From NCBI GenBank assembly GCA_963696045.1, contig CAVOIR010000007.1, positions 20,665-84,664 of the forward strand: 64,000 nucleotides of DNA, read 5' to 3'. Source of the stretch: an uncultured Chloroflexia bacterium. GTDB taxonomy: Bacteria; Chloroflexota; Limnocylindria; Limnocylindrales; CSP1-4. The translations under genes and the position numbers were made by a program. The notes beneath the pieces are model-generated. The model had not been told where the DNA came from. It did not search any database and saw only the letters and a list, made by a program, of their open reading frames with translations. Below are positions 52,030 to 62,072 of the stretch, in pieces; position 1 is the first letter of the stretch, and each line of letters opens with the position of its first letter.

Positions 52030-52926
52030 CGGACCCGCGCCCGTCCCGGTTGCCGGGTGACCGCGCCGAGGCCGGCGCTGATCATCGCGAGGAAGCTGGC
52101 GACCTCACGCGGGGAAGCCAGCAGCAGGTCGGCCTCCGGCGCCACGGCCGCGCTGACGTCCGGCCGGCTCGAGACGGCGATGGCCAGGCCGCTCACACGA
52201 CCGGCGGCCCTGGCTTCACGCAGGGCCGCGAAGGCAAGTGCGTCAGTGTGATCGTCGCCCAGCATGAAGAGGACGCGCGGCCGCTGCTCATCGATGAGCC
52301 GTCGCACGGCCGATCCCTTGTCCGAGGCGCCTGCTGGGCGCAGCTCCAGCGAACGCCGGCCGCCCGAAGGACGCAGGAGGCCATCCCGGTCCACGCTCTG
52401 CACAGCGGCCCGGACGCGCTTCCGGGCGACATCGACGTCCGGAGCCGTCCGGAAGTGGAAGGTGACTGCCGGACCCTTGGCCTCCACGACCAGCCAGTCC
52501 TCCTGCAGGGCCTGGGGCACGGCCGCTGACAGACGCTCCGCCATCGCCAGGTCGGCCGACGAGGCGGGCTCGCGCTCGGCTCGGAGCGCCGAGGGCCGGA
52601 ACCCACGCCTCGCGACCGCCCGCTCTGAGCCGTGATCACCCAGGTAGCTGATGCCGCCGACGCGTGCACGGCCCGCCAGGTCGGCGACTCCGCGTCCGGA
52701 GAGGAGCGCGACCTGCACGCCCGGCGTCGCGGCCAGCCTCCTGAGGGCGCGCTGGGCGGTCGGGAGGATGGTCGCACCCCAGGGGTCCGGCACGAGCTCG
52801 GCGAGCGTGCCGTCGAAGTCGCTGGCCAGCAGGATCGGCCCAGCGCCAGGGCTGTCGGCAGCCAGGCACGTCGGCAGCCAGAGCGAGGGCGGCTCGGGCA
52901 GCCGATCGCGCGTCCGTGCTGACCAC
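52026..52926 (-). CDS. otsB: HAD-IIB phosphatase, trehalose-6-phosphate phosphatase-like; start uncertain; probable frame shift near 52860
   Basis: ORF 52026..52793(-) plus in-frame upstream codons without a start: ILLASDFDGTLAELVPDPWGA (DxDGT), ALLSGRGVADL, LELRPAGASDKGSAVRRL, LFMLGDDHTDALAF. A GTG near 52926 in the adjacent frame would supply the start. Confidence 0.6.
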
Positions 52927-52930
52927 GACG

Positions 52931-54517
52931 CTAGAACCCAGCGACAAGGTCCTCGTCCGGGTGCCCCGCTGCTGGGCCACGGGGACGCATCATCCAGGCC
53001 GGCAGTGCGGTCACCGCCAGCACGATGGCGGCCAGGATGAAGAGTTGCCCAAGGACCGTGGCTGCCTCGGCCGAGGCCCAGCTCTCGAGGGCGTCCAGCA
53101 CGAGCGGGTCGCTGAGCGGAGAGCCCACGAGCTCGGGCGGCAGGATGCTGTCGCGATAGACCTGGTCGGTGATGGCCACCGAGACGGCATCGATACGAGT
53201 CGTCGCATAGGCCGTCAGGATGGCCATCCCGAAGGCCATGCCGGCCATCCGCGCGACCGTCACGGTCCCGCTGGCCATGCCGAAGGCGGCTCGCCCCGCC
53301 GCCTCCACGGCCGATGTCGTGCGCGGCGTCACGGTCAGCCCGAACCCGAGGCCGAAGAGCGTCACCGCGCCCACGGGGAGGAGCAGGTCGGAGTCGATGC
53401 GCACGGTCGACAGGGCGAGGAGGCCGACGATGCCCGTTGCGAGACCGAGGAGCGTGATCAGGGTGCCGTCGAATCGGCGAGACGCCAGGCCGGAGCCCAG
53501 CGCGCCGAGGGCCATTCCCAGGGCCATCGGCCCGAGGATGATGCCTTGCTCCTCGGGGCCGGCGAAGCGGACGCGGTCGATGAACGTCGCCATGCCCACG
53601 ATGGCCGTGGCCAGCGCATAGCCGGTCAGCAGACTGACGAGGACGGCGCCGGCGAAGGCGCGGTCGCGGAAGAGCCGCAGGTCGAGGAAGGGCTCAGGGA
53701 TGCGCAGCATCCGCCGGGCAGCCAGCAGCCCCGAAACGAGGAAGACCGCGGCAGCCACCACGGCCAGCGGCAGACTGGTCGCCGATTCGTCGCCGATGAG
53801 CGTGATGGCCAGCAGCCCGGCAAGGAGCGTGAGGATCGAGAGGGCCGCTCCAAGCCCGTCGAGGCTCGCCCGTCCGGGCGGCACATCCCAGTCAGGGGAA
53901 GCCGCCCAGACGTAGATGAGAGCCAGCAGGGCGAGAGGGACGGAGAGGTAGAACACCCAGCGCCAGGAGGGCACCAGGAGATCGACGGCCAGTCCTCCCC
54001 AGATGTCGATGCCGGCCAGCGCGTCGCGCAACTGGAGGTTCGAGAGCACGAGGGCGCCGAGGAGCGGCCCGATGGCCATGCCCAGGAACGTGGCCGCGCT
54101 GACAAGGCCGACTGCCCGTGCGCGGACATGGCCGGAATAGAGGTGGCTTGCCCCGGCGGTCGCCAGCGGCACGATGGCGCCGGCGCCGGCGCCCTGGACC
54201 GCCCGTGCTGCGACCATCTGCTCGAGCGTCTGGGCAGCCCCGCTGAGGAGTGAGCCCAGGGCGAAGATGGCCAGGGCGCCGATCATCAGGCCCGGCAGGC
54301 GGTAGCGGTCGGCGGCGCGGCCGGCCAGCGGGGTGGCGGCGATGTAGGTGATGAGATAGACGGTGATGATCCAGGAGGCCCGACGCAGGTCGGTCCAGCC
54401 CGACAGGTCGACGATGATGCGCGGCAGGGCGACAGCCGTGATGAAGAGCTCGATGCCGACGAGCAGGACGCTGAGGCAGAGCGCGGCCAGCAACACCGCG
54501 CGCGACGCCGCCGTCAC
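52931..54517 (-). CDS. MFS transporter, 14-TMS DHA2 (EmrB/QacA) type
   Basis: 528 aa, intact. LCLSVLLVGIELFITAVALPRII, ATPLAGRAADRYRLPGL, ARAVQGAGAGAIVP; 14 hydrophobic segments. Confidence 0.85.
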   Translation of the reverse strand: MTAASRAVLLAALCLSVLLVGIELFITAVALPRIIVDLSGWTDLRRASWIITVYLITYIAATPLAGRAADRYRLPGLMIGALAIFALGSLLSGAAQTLEQMVAARAVQGAGAGAIVPLATAGASHLYSGHVRARAVGLVSAATFLGMAIGPLLGALVLSNLQLRDALAGIDIWGGLAVDLLVPSWRWVFYLSVPLALLALIYVWAASPDWDVPPGRASLDGLGAALSILTLLAGLLAITLIGDESATSLPLAVVAAAVFLVSGLLAARRMLRIPEPFLDLRLFRDRAFAGAVLVSLLTGYALATAIVGMATFIDRVRFAGPEEQGIILGPMALGMALGALGSGLASRRFDGTLITLLGLATGIVGLLALSTVRIDSDLLLPVGAVTLFGLGFGLTVTPRTTSAVEAAGRAAFGMASGTVTVARMAGMAFGMAILTAYATTRIDAVSVAITDQVYRDSILPPELVGSPLSDPLVLDALESWASAEAATVLGQLFILAAIVLAVTALPAWMMRPRGPAAGHPDEDLVAGF

Positions 54518-54524
54518 GGTCTTC

Positions 54525-55217
54525 CTAGCGGGAGCTGCGGTCGACCGGCCACGCCGTCTGACGTGGCTCCCCGGGCGGTGCGCCCGGTGGGTCGGTCGGC
54601 AGGAGCTCGAAGTGGTCGGCGTCGAACGAGGCGAGGCCCTCGTTGTGCTGGGTCCTGATGGGCCGCTGCAGCGACGCCCCGGTGGCAGCCTGCAGGCTGT
54701 CCCAGCCGGACCACGTGGTGACGGTCACGAACTCACGATCGCTCGCCGAAGCCAGCACCAGCACGTCAGGGTCGGAGCCCCGAGCGTGGTCGATCGCGAC
54801 CCCGGCGCGAACCGACTCAGCGTACGACACCGTGTCGCCCTGTGCCAGCAGCCCGCGTGCCACTCGCAGCACACCCGAGCGCAGGCGACCGGGAGCACCG
54901 ATCGACCACAGGACCGGCCGAACCTCGAGGACGCGATCGGTCGTCTCGTCGAGGTACTGCGGCTGGAAGCGAAGGTGTGCGAGGTCGATGCCCATCGCCT
55001 CCTCCATGGCGTCCCGGCTCGTCCACAGCGACGCCACGACCCTGCGACCCAGCTCGTCAGGCCCCTTCCGGCCCGCCCAGACACCGAGGACGCCGGGACG
55101 CTGAGCCAGGGCGGGCAGGATCTGGTTTCGCGTGACGGCGTCGAACGTGGGACGGAGAGGGTTGAACTGATACAGGCGGAGTTGGACGACATCAGAGGCC
55201 GTTGCGGGCGCGGGCAC
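54525..55217 (-). CDS. hypothetical protein with two ABM-like (dimeric alpha-beta barrel) repeats; start uncertain
   Basis: C-terminal ~230 aa of ORF 54525..55493(-): VVQLRLYQFNPLRPTFDAVTRNQILPALAQRPGVLGVWAGRKGPDELGRRVVASLWTSRDAMEEAMG, and a second copy LRVARGLLAQGDTVSYAESV...EFVTVTTWSGWDSLQAATG. The upstream part of the ORF overlaps a promoter region and is Arg-rich junk. Confidence 0.45.
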   Translation of the reverse strand: MPAPATASDVVQLRLYQFNPLRPTFDAVTRNQILPALAQRPGVLGVWAGRKGPDELGRRVVASLWTSRDAMEEAMGIDLAHLRFQPQYLDETTDRVLEVRPVLWSIGAPGRLRSGVLRVARGLLAQGDTVSYAESVRAGVAIDHARGSDPDVLVLASASDREFVTVTTWSGWDSLQAATGASLQRPIRTQHNEGLASFDADHFELLPTDPPGAPPGEPRQTAWPVDRSSR

Positions 55218-55458
55218 AGACCCAGGTCCCGATCGCGCATGGCTGACGCCCACTCCTACCTCCAGACGTCGATCGCGTCTCTCCCACGCGCCGATGACGG
55301 CATGACGAGCCCAGCCGCCGAGCGAGACCGCCACTGCCCGCCTGCCGGATGGAACTGTAGCGCGTCCGGCGACCCTCCCCGAGGGTCGCCACTGTACGAC
55401 GTCTCTCGGCACTGCCTGGGTGGCCCTGGGCCGGCAGGCACACGCCGGCAGGCGCTGC

Positions 55459-55508
55459 TTGACAGGCGCGCGGACGGTCGATAGCATCAACATCCGCTTA
55501 TGTAAGAG
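55459..55508 (+). promoter_or_regulatory. promoter (TTGACA - 17 nt - TAGCAT) followed by the conserved motif CAACATCCGCTTATGTAAGAG (dyad CTTATGTAAG)
   Basis: TTGACA at 55459..55464, TAGCAT at 55482..55487, motif at 55488..55508. It lies 130 nt upstream of arsR and is nearly identical in layout and sequence to 56582..56632. Confidence 0.55.
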
Positions 55509-55619
55509 TCCCTTGTTCCTGGGTGCTCATCGAAGCCAGGGAGACGACCGCTGCCGAGTCCGGCCCGCATCAGATCCACCATCGCAAGCCTGACCGATCC
55601 ACCGGCTGACCTGAAGGCT

Positions 55620-55889
55620 GTGGCGGTCGTTCACAAGGCGCTGGCTGACCCCACCCGGCTGCGCATGCTGCAGCGCCTCAGCGAGGGCGATGGCACTGTG
55701 TCGGACCTCATGCACCACGTCGATCTCAGTCAGCCGCTCGTGTCGTGGCACCTGCGGCGGTTGCGCGTCGCCGGACTCGTCGAGACCCGCCGGGCCGGCC
55801 GCGAGGTCGTGTGCAGCCTCGGTCGCGATGCCCTGGCCCGGTTCCATGAGCAGGAGCATCGGCTCCTCGGCATGGACGGTCGGCCGTGA
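55620..55889 (+). CDS. ArsR/SmtB-family transcriptional regulator
   Basis: GTG start. VHKALADPTRLRMLQRLSEGDGTVSDLMHHVDLSQPLVSWHLRRLRVAGLVETRRAGREVVCSL (winged HTH). Confidence 0.85.
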   Translation: MAVVHKALADPTRLRMLQRLSEGDGTVSDLMHHVDLSQPLVSWHLRRLRVAGLVETRRAGREVVCSLGRDALARFHEQEHRLLGMDGRP

Positions 55890-56545
55890 GCAAGGGCTCG
55901 TTCGTCTCGCCGGAGCAGCGCTCGGGCATCCGCGCCCGCATCGAGCCGCTTGCGCTGGCCATGGCCCGCGCGGGGCTGACGCCCAACATGCTCACGCTCA
56001 TCGGGTTCGGGATCGCCTCACTGGGTGGAGTCATGGCGGCTCTCGAGTGGTGGCTCCTGGCGGGCATCGTGGCCACCGCAGGTGCCGGGTTCGACATGTT
56101 CGATGGCGCCGTGGCCCGAGCCACGGGCACGGTCAGCAAGCTCGGCGCCTTCATGGACAGCACCTTCGACCGCTGGGGAGAGGGCGTCGTCTACCTGGGC
56201 ATCGTCATCGGTTGCACACAGGCCGGCTTCGACCTCGGCGCCTGGCTGGCAGCCGCGGCTCTCGTCTCGGCCTTCATGGTCAGCTATGCACGCGCCAAGA
56301 GCGAGTCGCTGGGCTTCTCGAGCGGCACGGGCATGGCAGCCATCGGCTTCGCGCCTCGGGAGGTGCGCACGGTCATCCTCGGCATCGCCCTCGTCGGGGC
56401 GGGCCTCACCGGAGGTGTGACGTCACAGCTCTTGGACATCGGCTCGCTCATCCTGGCGGCCGGCCTCGCGCTCATCGCGGTGCTGGCCACCATCACCGTC
56501 ATCCAGCGCGTCCTCTACGTCACCTCTCAGCCGCGAGACGTCTAG
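55886..56545 (+). CDS. pgsA1: CDP-alcohol phosphatidyltransferase, phosphatidylinositol-phosphate synthase-like
   Basis: Its GTG overlaps the arsR stop (GTGA). It carries the D-x2-DG-x2-AR-x8-G-x3-D-x3-D motif GFDMFDGAVARATGTVSKLGAFMDSTFDR, has 6 TM segments, and is adjacent to ino1 and pimA. Confidence 0.8.
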   Translation: MSKGSFVSPEQRSGIRARIEPLALAMARAGLTPNMLTLIGFGIASLGGVMAALEWWLLAGIVATAGAGFDMFDGAVARATGTVSKLGAFMDSTFDRWGEGVVYLGIVIGCTQAGFDLGAWLAAAALVSAFMVSYARAKSESLGFSSGTGMAAIGFAPREVRTVILGIALVGAGLTGGVTSQLLDIGSLILAAGLALIAVLATITVIQRVLYVTSQPRDV

Positions 56546-56581
56546 CAGGCCCTGCACCGGCGGAACTGAGAAGCTCAGGGG

Positions 56582-56632
56582 TTGACAGCAACGCCGAGTG
56601 GCCCGTAGCATCAACAACTGCTTATATAAAGG
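56582..56632 (+). promoter_or_regulatory. promoter (TTGACA - 18 nt - TAGCAT) followed by the conserved motif CAACAACTGCTTATATAAAGG
   Basis: TTGACA at 56582..56587, TAGCAT at 56606..56611, motif at 56612..56632. It lies 60 nt upstream of the ino1 ATG. Confidence 0.55.
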
Positions 56633-56672
56633 CTCGCTATAGCGTGGCCGCGAGCAGCCGGAGGTCGAGGAC

Positions 56673-57911
<1,239 letters not shown>

Positions 57912-57921
57912 CAGGAGGGAC

Positions 57922-58968
57922 GTGTCCGGCGTCGACTACGCACCGCACCGCCCGCGGCCCGGCAGGGCCGGGCACGGCGCGCCGCCTCGCGCGGCTGGGA
58001 GCGCTTCGTGGTGGCACTCTACCGGGGCACCTCGGCGCTGCTGGTGCGTGTCCCGCTGCGCGTGTCCGAGCCCGTGGCCCGGCGGCTGTTCCTGGCCGGC
58101 TACCTACTCTGGCCGTCCAAGCGCCGCATCATCAGGGACAATGCGGCGCACGTCCTGGGTCTTCCCGCATCGCACCCGGACGTGGCGCGGCCTGGCGCGG
58201 GCCATCTATGCGACCTATTCGCGCTTCGCCCTCGAGCTCATGCGCCTGCCCGGTCTCCCGGCCGACGAGCCGCGGCGTCTGGTGCACTGCGAGGGCCCCC
58301 ATCATGAACGCTTCATGGCGCTCTGGGAGCGGTGCCGGGCCGAAGGGCGCGGCATCATCGCCGTGAGCGGGCACATCGGCAGCATCGAGGTCTTCGCGGG
58401 CGCCTACGCCCAGCAGGGCATCCCGACCTACGGCCTGGCTGACGATTCGGCCTTTCCCGAGCTCTTCGAGTTGCTCACCCGATCTCGCGCCCGATGGGGC
58501 GTGACGATCATCCCGTGGCGAAGGCTGCGCGAGATCTTCCGCATCATGCGCCGCCCGTGCGTGCTGGGCATGGTCGTGGACTGGGGCTATCGTCCCGACG
58601 ACCAGCCGGTCCGCCTCTTCGGGGCGTGGACGACGCTGCCCGTGGGACCGGCCCTCCTGGCGGCCCGGACCGGAGCGGTCGTCGTGCCAGTGATGGCCCG
58701 CCGTGAGGACGACGGGCGCTACGGGCCGGTCATGTACGACCCCATCGAGGTCGCCGACGGATCGGCCGCGGAGCTGGCGCGGGTGACGCAGGCCGTCTCC
58801 GATGCCCTCGAGGACATGATCGCCGAGGCGCCCGAGCAGTGGTACACGTTCAAGCCGATGTGGCCTGCGCGCGCGGCTGAGGCGGCCGCGCTCGCGGAGC
58901 GCGCCTCCGGCGTCGGAACCAGCACCGGCAACGGCGTCGCAACCAGCGTGCGCGAGCTGGACGCGTGA
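57922..58968 (+). CDS. lipid A-type (LpxL/HtrB family) acyltransferase, PatA-like; 2 frame shifts (~57990, ~58190)
   Basis: AGGAGGG RBS, then GTG 57922. Frame of ORF 58008: VALYRGTSALLVRVPLRVSEPVARRLFLAGYLLWPSKRRIIRDNAAHVLG. Frame of ORF 57766: ARAIYATYSRFALELMRLP...GIIAVSGHIGSIEVFAG (HxxxxE)...VLGMVVDWGYRPDDQPVRLFGAWTTLPVGPALLAARTGAVVVPV...APEQWYTFKPMW. Confidence 0.78.
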   Translation: MSGVDYAPHRPRPGRAGHGAPPRAAGSASWWHSTGAPRRCWCVSRCACPSPWPGGCSWPATYSGRPSAASSGTMRRTSWVFPHRTRTWRGLARAIYATYSRFALELMRLPGLPADEPRRLVHCEGPHHERFMALWERCRAEGRGIIAVSGHIGSIEVFAGAYAQQGIPTYGLADDSAFPELFELLTRSRARWGVTIIPWRRLREIFRIMRRPCVLGMVVDWGYRPDDQPVRLFGAWTTLPVGPALLAARTGAVVVPVMARREDDGRYGPVMYDPIEVADGSAAELARVTQAVSDALEDMIAEAPEQWYTFKPMWPARAAEAAALAERASGVGTSTGNGVATSVRELDA

Positions 58969-59034
58969 GCGCCGGCCGGCTCCCGCCCGCGGCACCGATG
59001 AGCGCCTTGCGAGCGGGTCGCCTTCCGACTCCTC

Positions 59035-59938
59035 ATGGCCGGCATCGGGATGGCCCAGCGGCTGCCCGACCGCCTCGTGTACCGCGTCGCCTACGTCATC
59101 GGCGCCGGCCTCTCGCTCGTCCTGCCCGAGCGTCGCGGGCGCGTCCGGCGGAACCTCGAGCGTGTCTGTCGCTGGCTCGTGGCCGAGGGGATGGCCAGCC
59201 CGCGGGTGGCTGCCGCGGCGCATGACGGGCGCGCCCTCGACGGTCTCGTGCGCGCCACGTTCGGCCACTGGCTGGTCACCTACGCCGAGGCGGCCATGGC
59301 GCCGCGCTATGGCGCCGACGAGCTCCGTGCGCGGTTCGTGGCCAGTCGACCCCGCGGCCAGTCGCGAGGCGCTCTCGGCCCCGCCGCCCGGCGCGGTCGG
59401 CGTCATCCACCTGTCGCTCCACTTCGGCTCGGTCGACCTGTCCGCGCTGTACGGCACGCGCGTGGGTACGCTGCCGGTGACCGGCCCGATGGAGATCGTG
59501 ACCTCCCCCCTGGCGCGGGCCTACTTCGACCATGTCCGGTCCGAGCTGGGCGTCACCATCGTGCCCGTCGGGGATGCCGCCGCCAGCCTGGTCGCGGCGC
59601 TGCAGCGTGGCGAGGCCGTCGGGCTGGTGGCCGATCGGAACATCATCGGCAGCGGGGTCGCGGTCGAGCTCTTCGGCGCCCCGGCGAGGCTGCCCATCGG
59701 CCCGGCCCTGCTCTCGGTCCAGACGGGCGCACCGATCTACCTGGTGGCCATCGAGCGCACCGGCACCGGGGAGTGGCTCGGTCACACCGTGCCCATCCGA
59801 CCAGCCGCCGGTCTCGAGCGTCGGGCGGCCGTGCGCTCCATCATCGACCAGGAGGCGCGGGCGTTCGAGCGCATCGTCGCCCGGGCGCCCGAGCAATGGT
59901 CGACACTGTTCTTCCCCATCTGGGAGGATGAGACGTGA
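59035..59938 (+). CDS. second LpxL/HtrB-family acyltransferase, PatA-like paralogue; one frame shift near 59340
   Basis: ORF 59035..: LPDRLVYRVAYVIGAGLSLVLPERRGRVRRNLERV...FGHWLVTYAEAA. Continues in ORF 59162..59938: VIHLSLHFGSVDLSALY...GLVADRNIIGSGVAVELFGAPARLPIGPALLSVQTGAPIYLV...APEQWSTLFFPIW. Confidence 0.78.
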
Positions 59939-60870
59939 GCGACGGGACTGGCGATGCCGAGGCATGGCCCGAGGGTGCGGGGGAGAGCCGGCCGGACGGT
60001 CCCGCCGCGGCCCGGTCACGGCGGCTGCGCATGGACCTGCACATCCACACGCTCGCCTCGGACGGCGTCTCGGACGTCGAGGCGATCCTCGAGGCCGCCG
60101 TGGCCCGGGGGCTTGACGCCATCGCCATCACCGACCACGAGCGCATCGACGCCGCGCTGGCGGCGAGGGACATCGCCGAAGGTCGCGGCCTGCCCATCGA
60201 GGTCATCGTGGGCGAGGAGATCAGCACTCGCGGCGGGCACCTGGTGGGTCTCTGGATGACCCAGCGCGTGCGACCCTGGCACTCGCTCCGGCGCTCCATC
60301 GCCATGGTCCACGAGCAGGGCGGGCTGGCGGTCGTCGCCCATCCCCTGCCGCCCTACCCGATGTGCGCCAGCGAACGGGCGCTGCGCCGGCTCATGGAGG
60401 AGGCCGATCCCATCTTCCATCCTGATGCCCTGGAGGCCTTCAACCCGACGACGGCGCGGATGCCCTGGAGTCGCAGGGCTGCGGCGCTGGCGGAGGAGAT
60501 CGGCATGGCCGCGGTGGCGGGCTCGGACGCCCATCACGCCGAAAAGGTCGGCAGCGCCGTGACCATCGTCCGGGGCGAGCGCGCCCAGGACCTCCGGGCC
60601 GCCGTGGCGGCGAGGGACACGGCCTGGGACGGCCGTGCCTACGGCTGGTCCGAGCAGCTCCGCATGTTCGGGCGTCAGCAGCGCAAGAACGCCGTCGCGG
60701 TCCGCGACGAGGTGCGCGGCCTGGTGCGGCGCGACGGCAGCGGACGGGACCTCGGCTACCCGGGCGGCCGGAGCAGGCCCGCCCGCCTGGACCGCGCGGC
60801 GGCTGGACTTCCCGAGCTCGACTCCGCGGCCGAGCCGACGCCACGCCGGGGAGGGAAGGCAGCGCCCGTG
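59935..60870 (+). CDS. PHP-domain metal-dependent phosphoesterase; as sequenced it has no in-frame stop before pimA
   Basis: Its GTG overlaps the acyltransferase stop (GTGA). MDLHIHTLASDGVSDVEAILEAAVARGLDAIAITDHE, VGEEIST, AVVAHP, AVAGSDAHH. The ORF runs in frame into the pimA GTG at 60868. A TGA at 60869..60871 exists in another frame. Confidence 0.75.
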
Positions 60871-62072
60871 AAGATCGGTCTCGTGACGCCCTACATCTAC
60901 CCGGTGCCGGGCGGCGTCAACGCCCACGTGCGCTACCTCTACGAGAACCTCGTCAAGCGCGGCCATGACGTGCGCATCATCAGCAGCACCCATGGCCCGC
61001 AGCGCTCCAGCGAGGGCGACGTCATCCGCCTCGGCTACGGCTGGAGCGTGCCCACGAACGGCTCGATCGGCACCCTGACGGTGTCGCATCGCTACGGCCA
61101 GCTGGTGAGCGAGATGCTCGACCGAGAGCGCTTCGACATCATCCACTTACCACGAGCCATTCGTGCCCTTCCTGTCGCTCCAGGTCCTGCGCCACTCCAC
61201 GTCGGTGAACATCGCCACGTTCCACGCCTACTCGGGCTTCAGCCCCTCCTACGAGTTCGGGCAGCGGATGATGAAGCGCTTCGCCAGGCGGCTGCACGGC
61301 CGGATCGCGGTCAGCGCGGCCGCGAGGCACTTCATCGGCCGCTTCTTCCCGGGCGAGTACAAGGTCATCCCCAACGGCGTGGACCTGCACCCAGTTCCAT
61401 GACGTGCCACCGTTCGCCCGCTGGCGCGATGGCATCCCCAACATCCTCTTCGTGGGTCGGCTCGAGAACCGCAAGGGGCTGATGTACCTGCTGCGCGCCT
61501 ACTACCAGCTGCGCCTGGAGGGCCTGGGCTGCCGGCTCCTCATCGTGGGACATGGGCCGCAGGCGGGTGAGGCCCGCCGCTACATCGGCTCGCGGCGCCT
61601 CGGCGGCGTGGAGATGCTGGGACGGCTCTCGGAGCAGGACAAGGCGAGGGCCTTCGCGACGGCGGACATCTACGCCTCGCCGGCGACCGGCCAGGAGTCC
61701 TTCGGCATCGTGCTGCTCGAGGCCATGGCCTCGGGCGTGCCCATCGTCTGCAGCGACATCCACGGCTACAAGGGCGTCGTGCGCCGCAACGAGCAGGCGG
61801 TGCTCGTGCCACCACGCGATGTCGAGGGCCTGGCCGCAGCGCTCGGCGCCCTGCTCCGCGACCCGCTCCTGCGCGGGCGGATGGGCGAGGCGGGGCGCGC
61901 TCGGGCCCAGCAGTTCGGCTGGGAGGCGGTCACAGCCAGGGTCGAGGACTACTACGGCTTCGTCATCCGGCGCCTCGCCGCGAGCGGCGCGCTGCCGCCC
62001 GGATTCTCCGCACCCATCCCGGAGCCTCCCGTGCGAGCGCCCATGGGACCGGGCATCTGGTCGAGCCGCTAG
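60868..62072 (+). CDS. pimA: GT4 glycosyltransferase, phosphatidylinositol mannosyltransferase PimA-like; 2 frame shifts (~61148, ~61395)
   Basis: GGGAGGGAAGG RBS, then GTG 60868. VKIGLVTPYIYPVPGGVNAHVRYLYENLVKRGHDVRIIS. Frame of ORF 61163: PFLSLQVLRHSTSVNIATFHAY...VIPNGVDL. ORF 61404..62072: ILFVGRLENRKGL...PATGQESFGIVLLEAMASGVPIVCSDIHGYKGVV. The observed ttaccacgag versus the expected ttacacgag shows an extra c. Confidence 0.82.

Noticed and set aside
61365-62068. The 5'-distal 700 nt of the 855-aa minus-strand ORF 61365..63932, which overlaps pimA.
   Set aside because: This is out-of-frame read-through after a frame shift near 62375. The real C-terminus of the glycosyltransferase (…WNWDFQFAVNSDPALEG…) is in another frame and stops at 62069.
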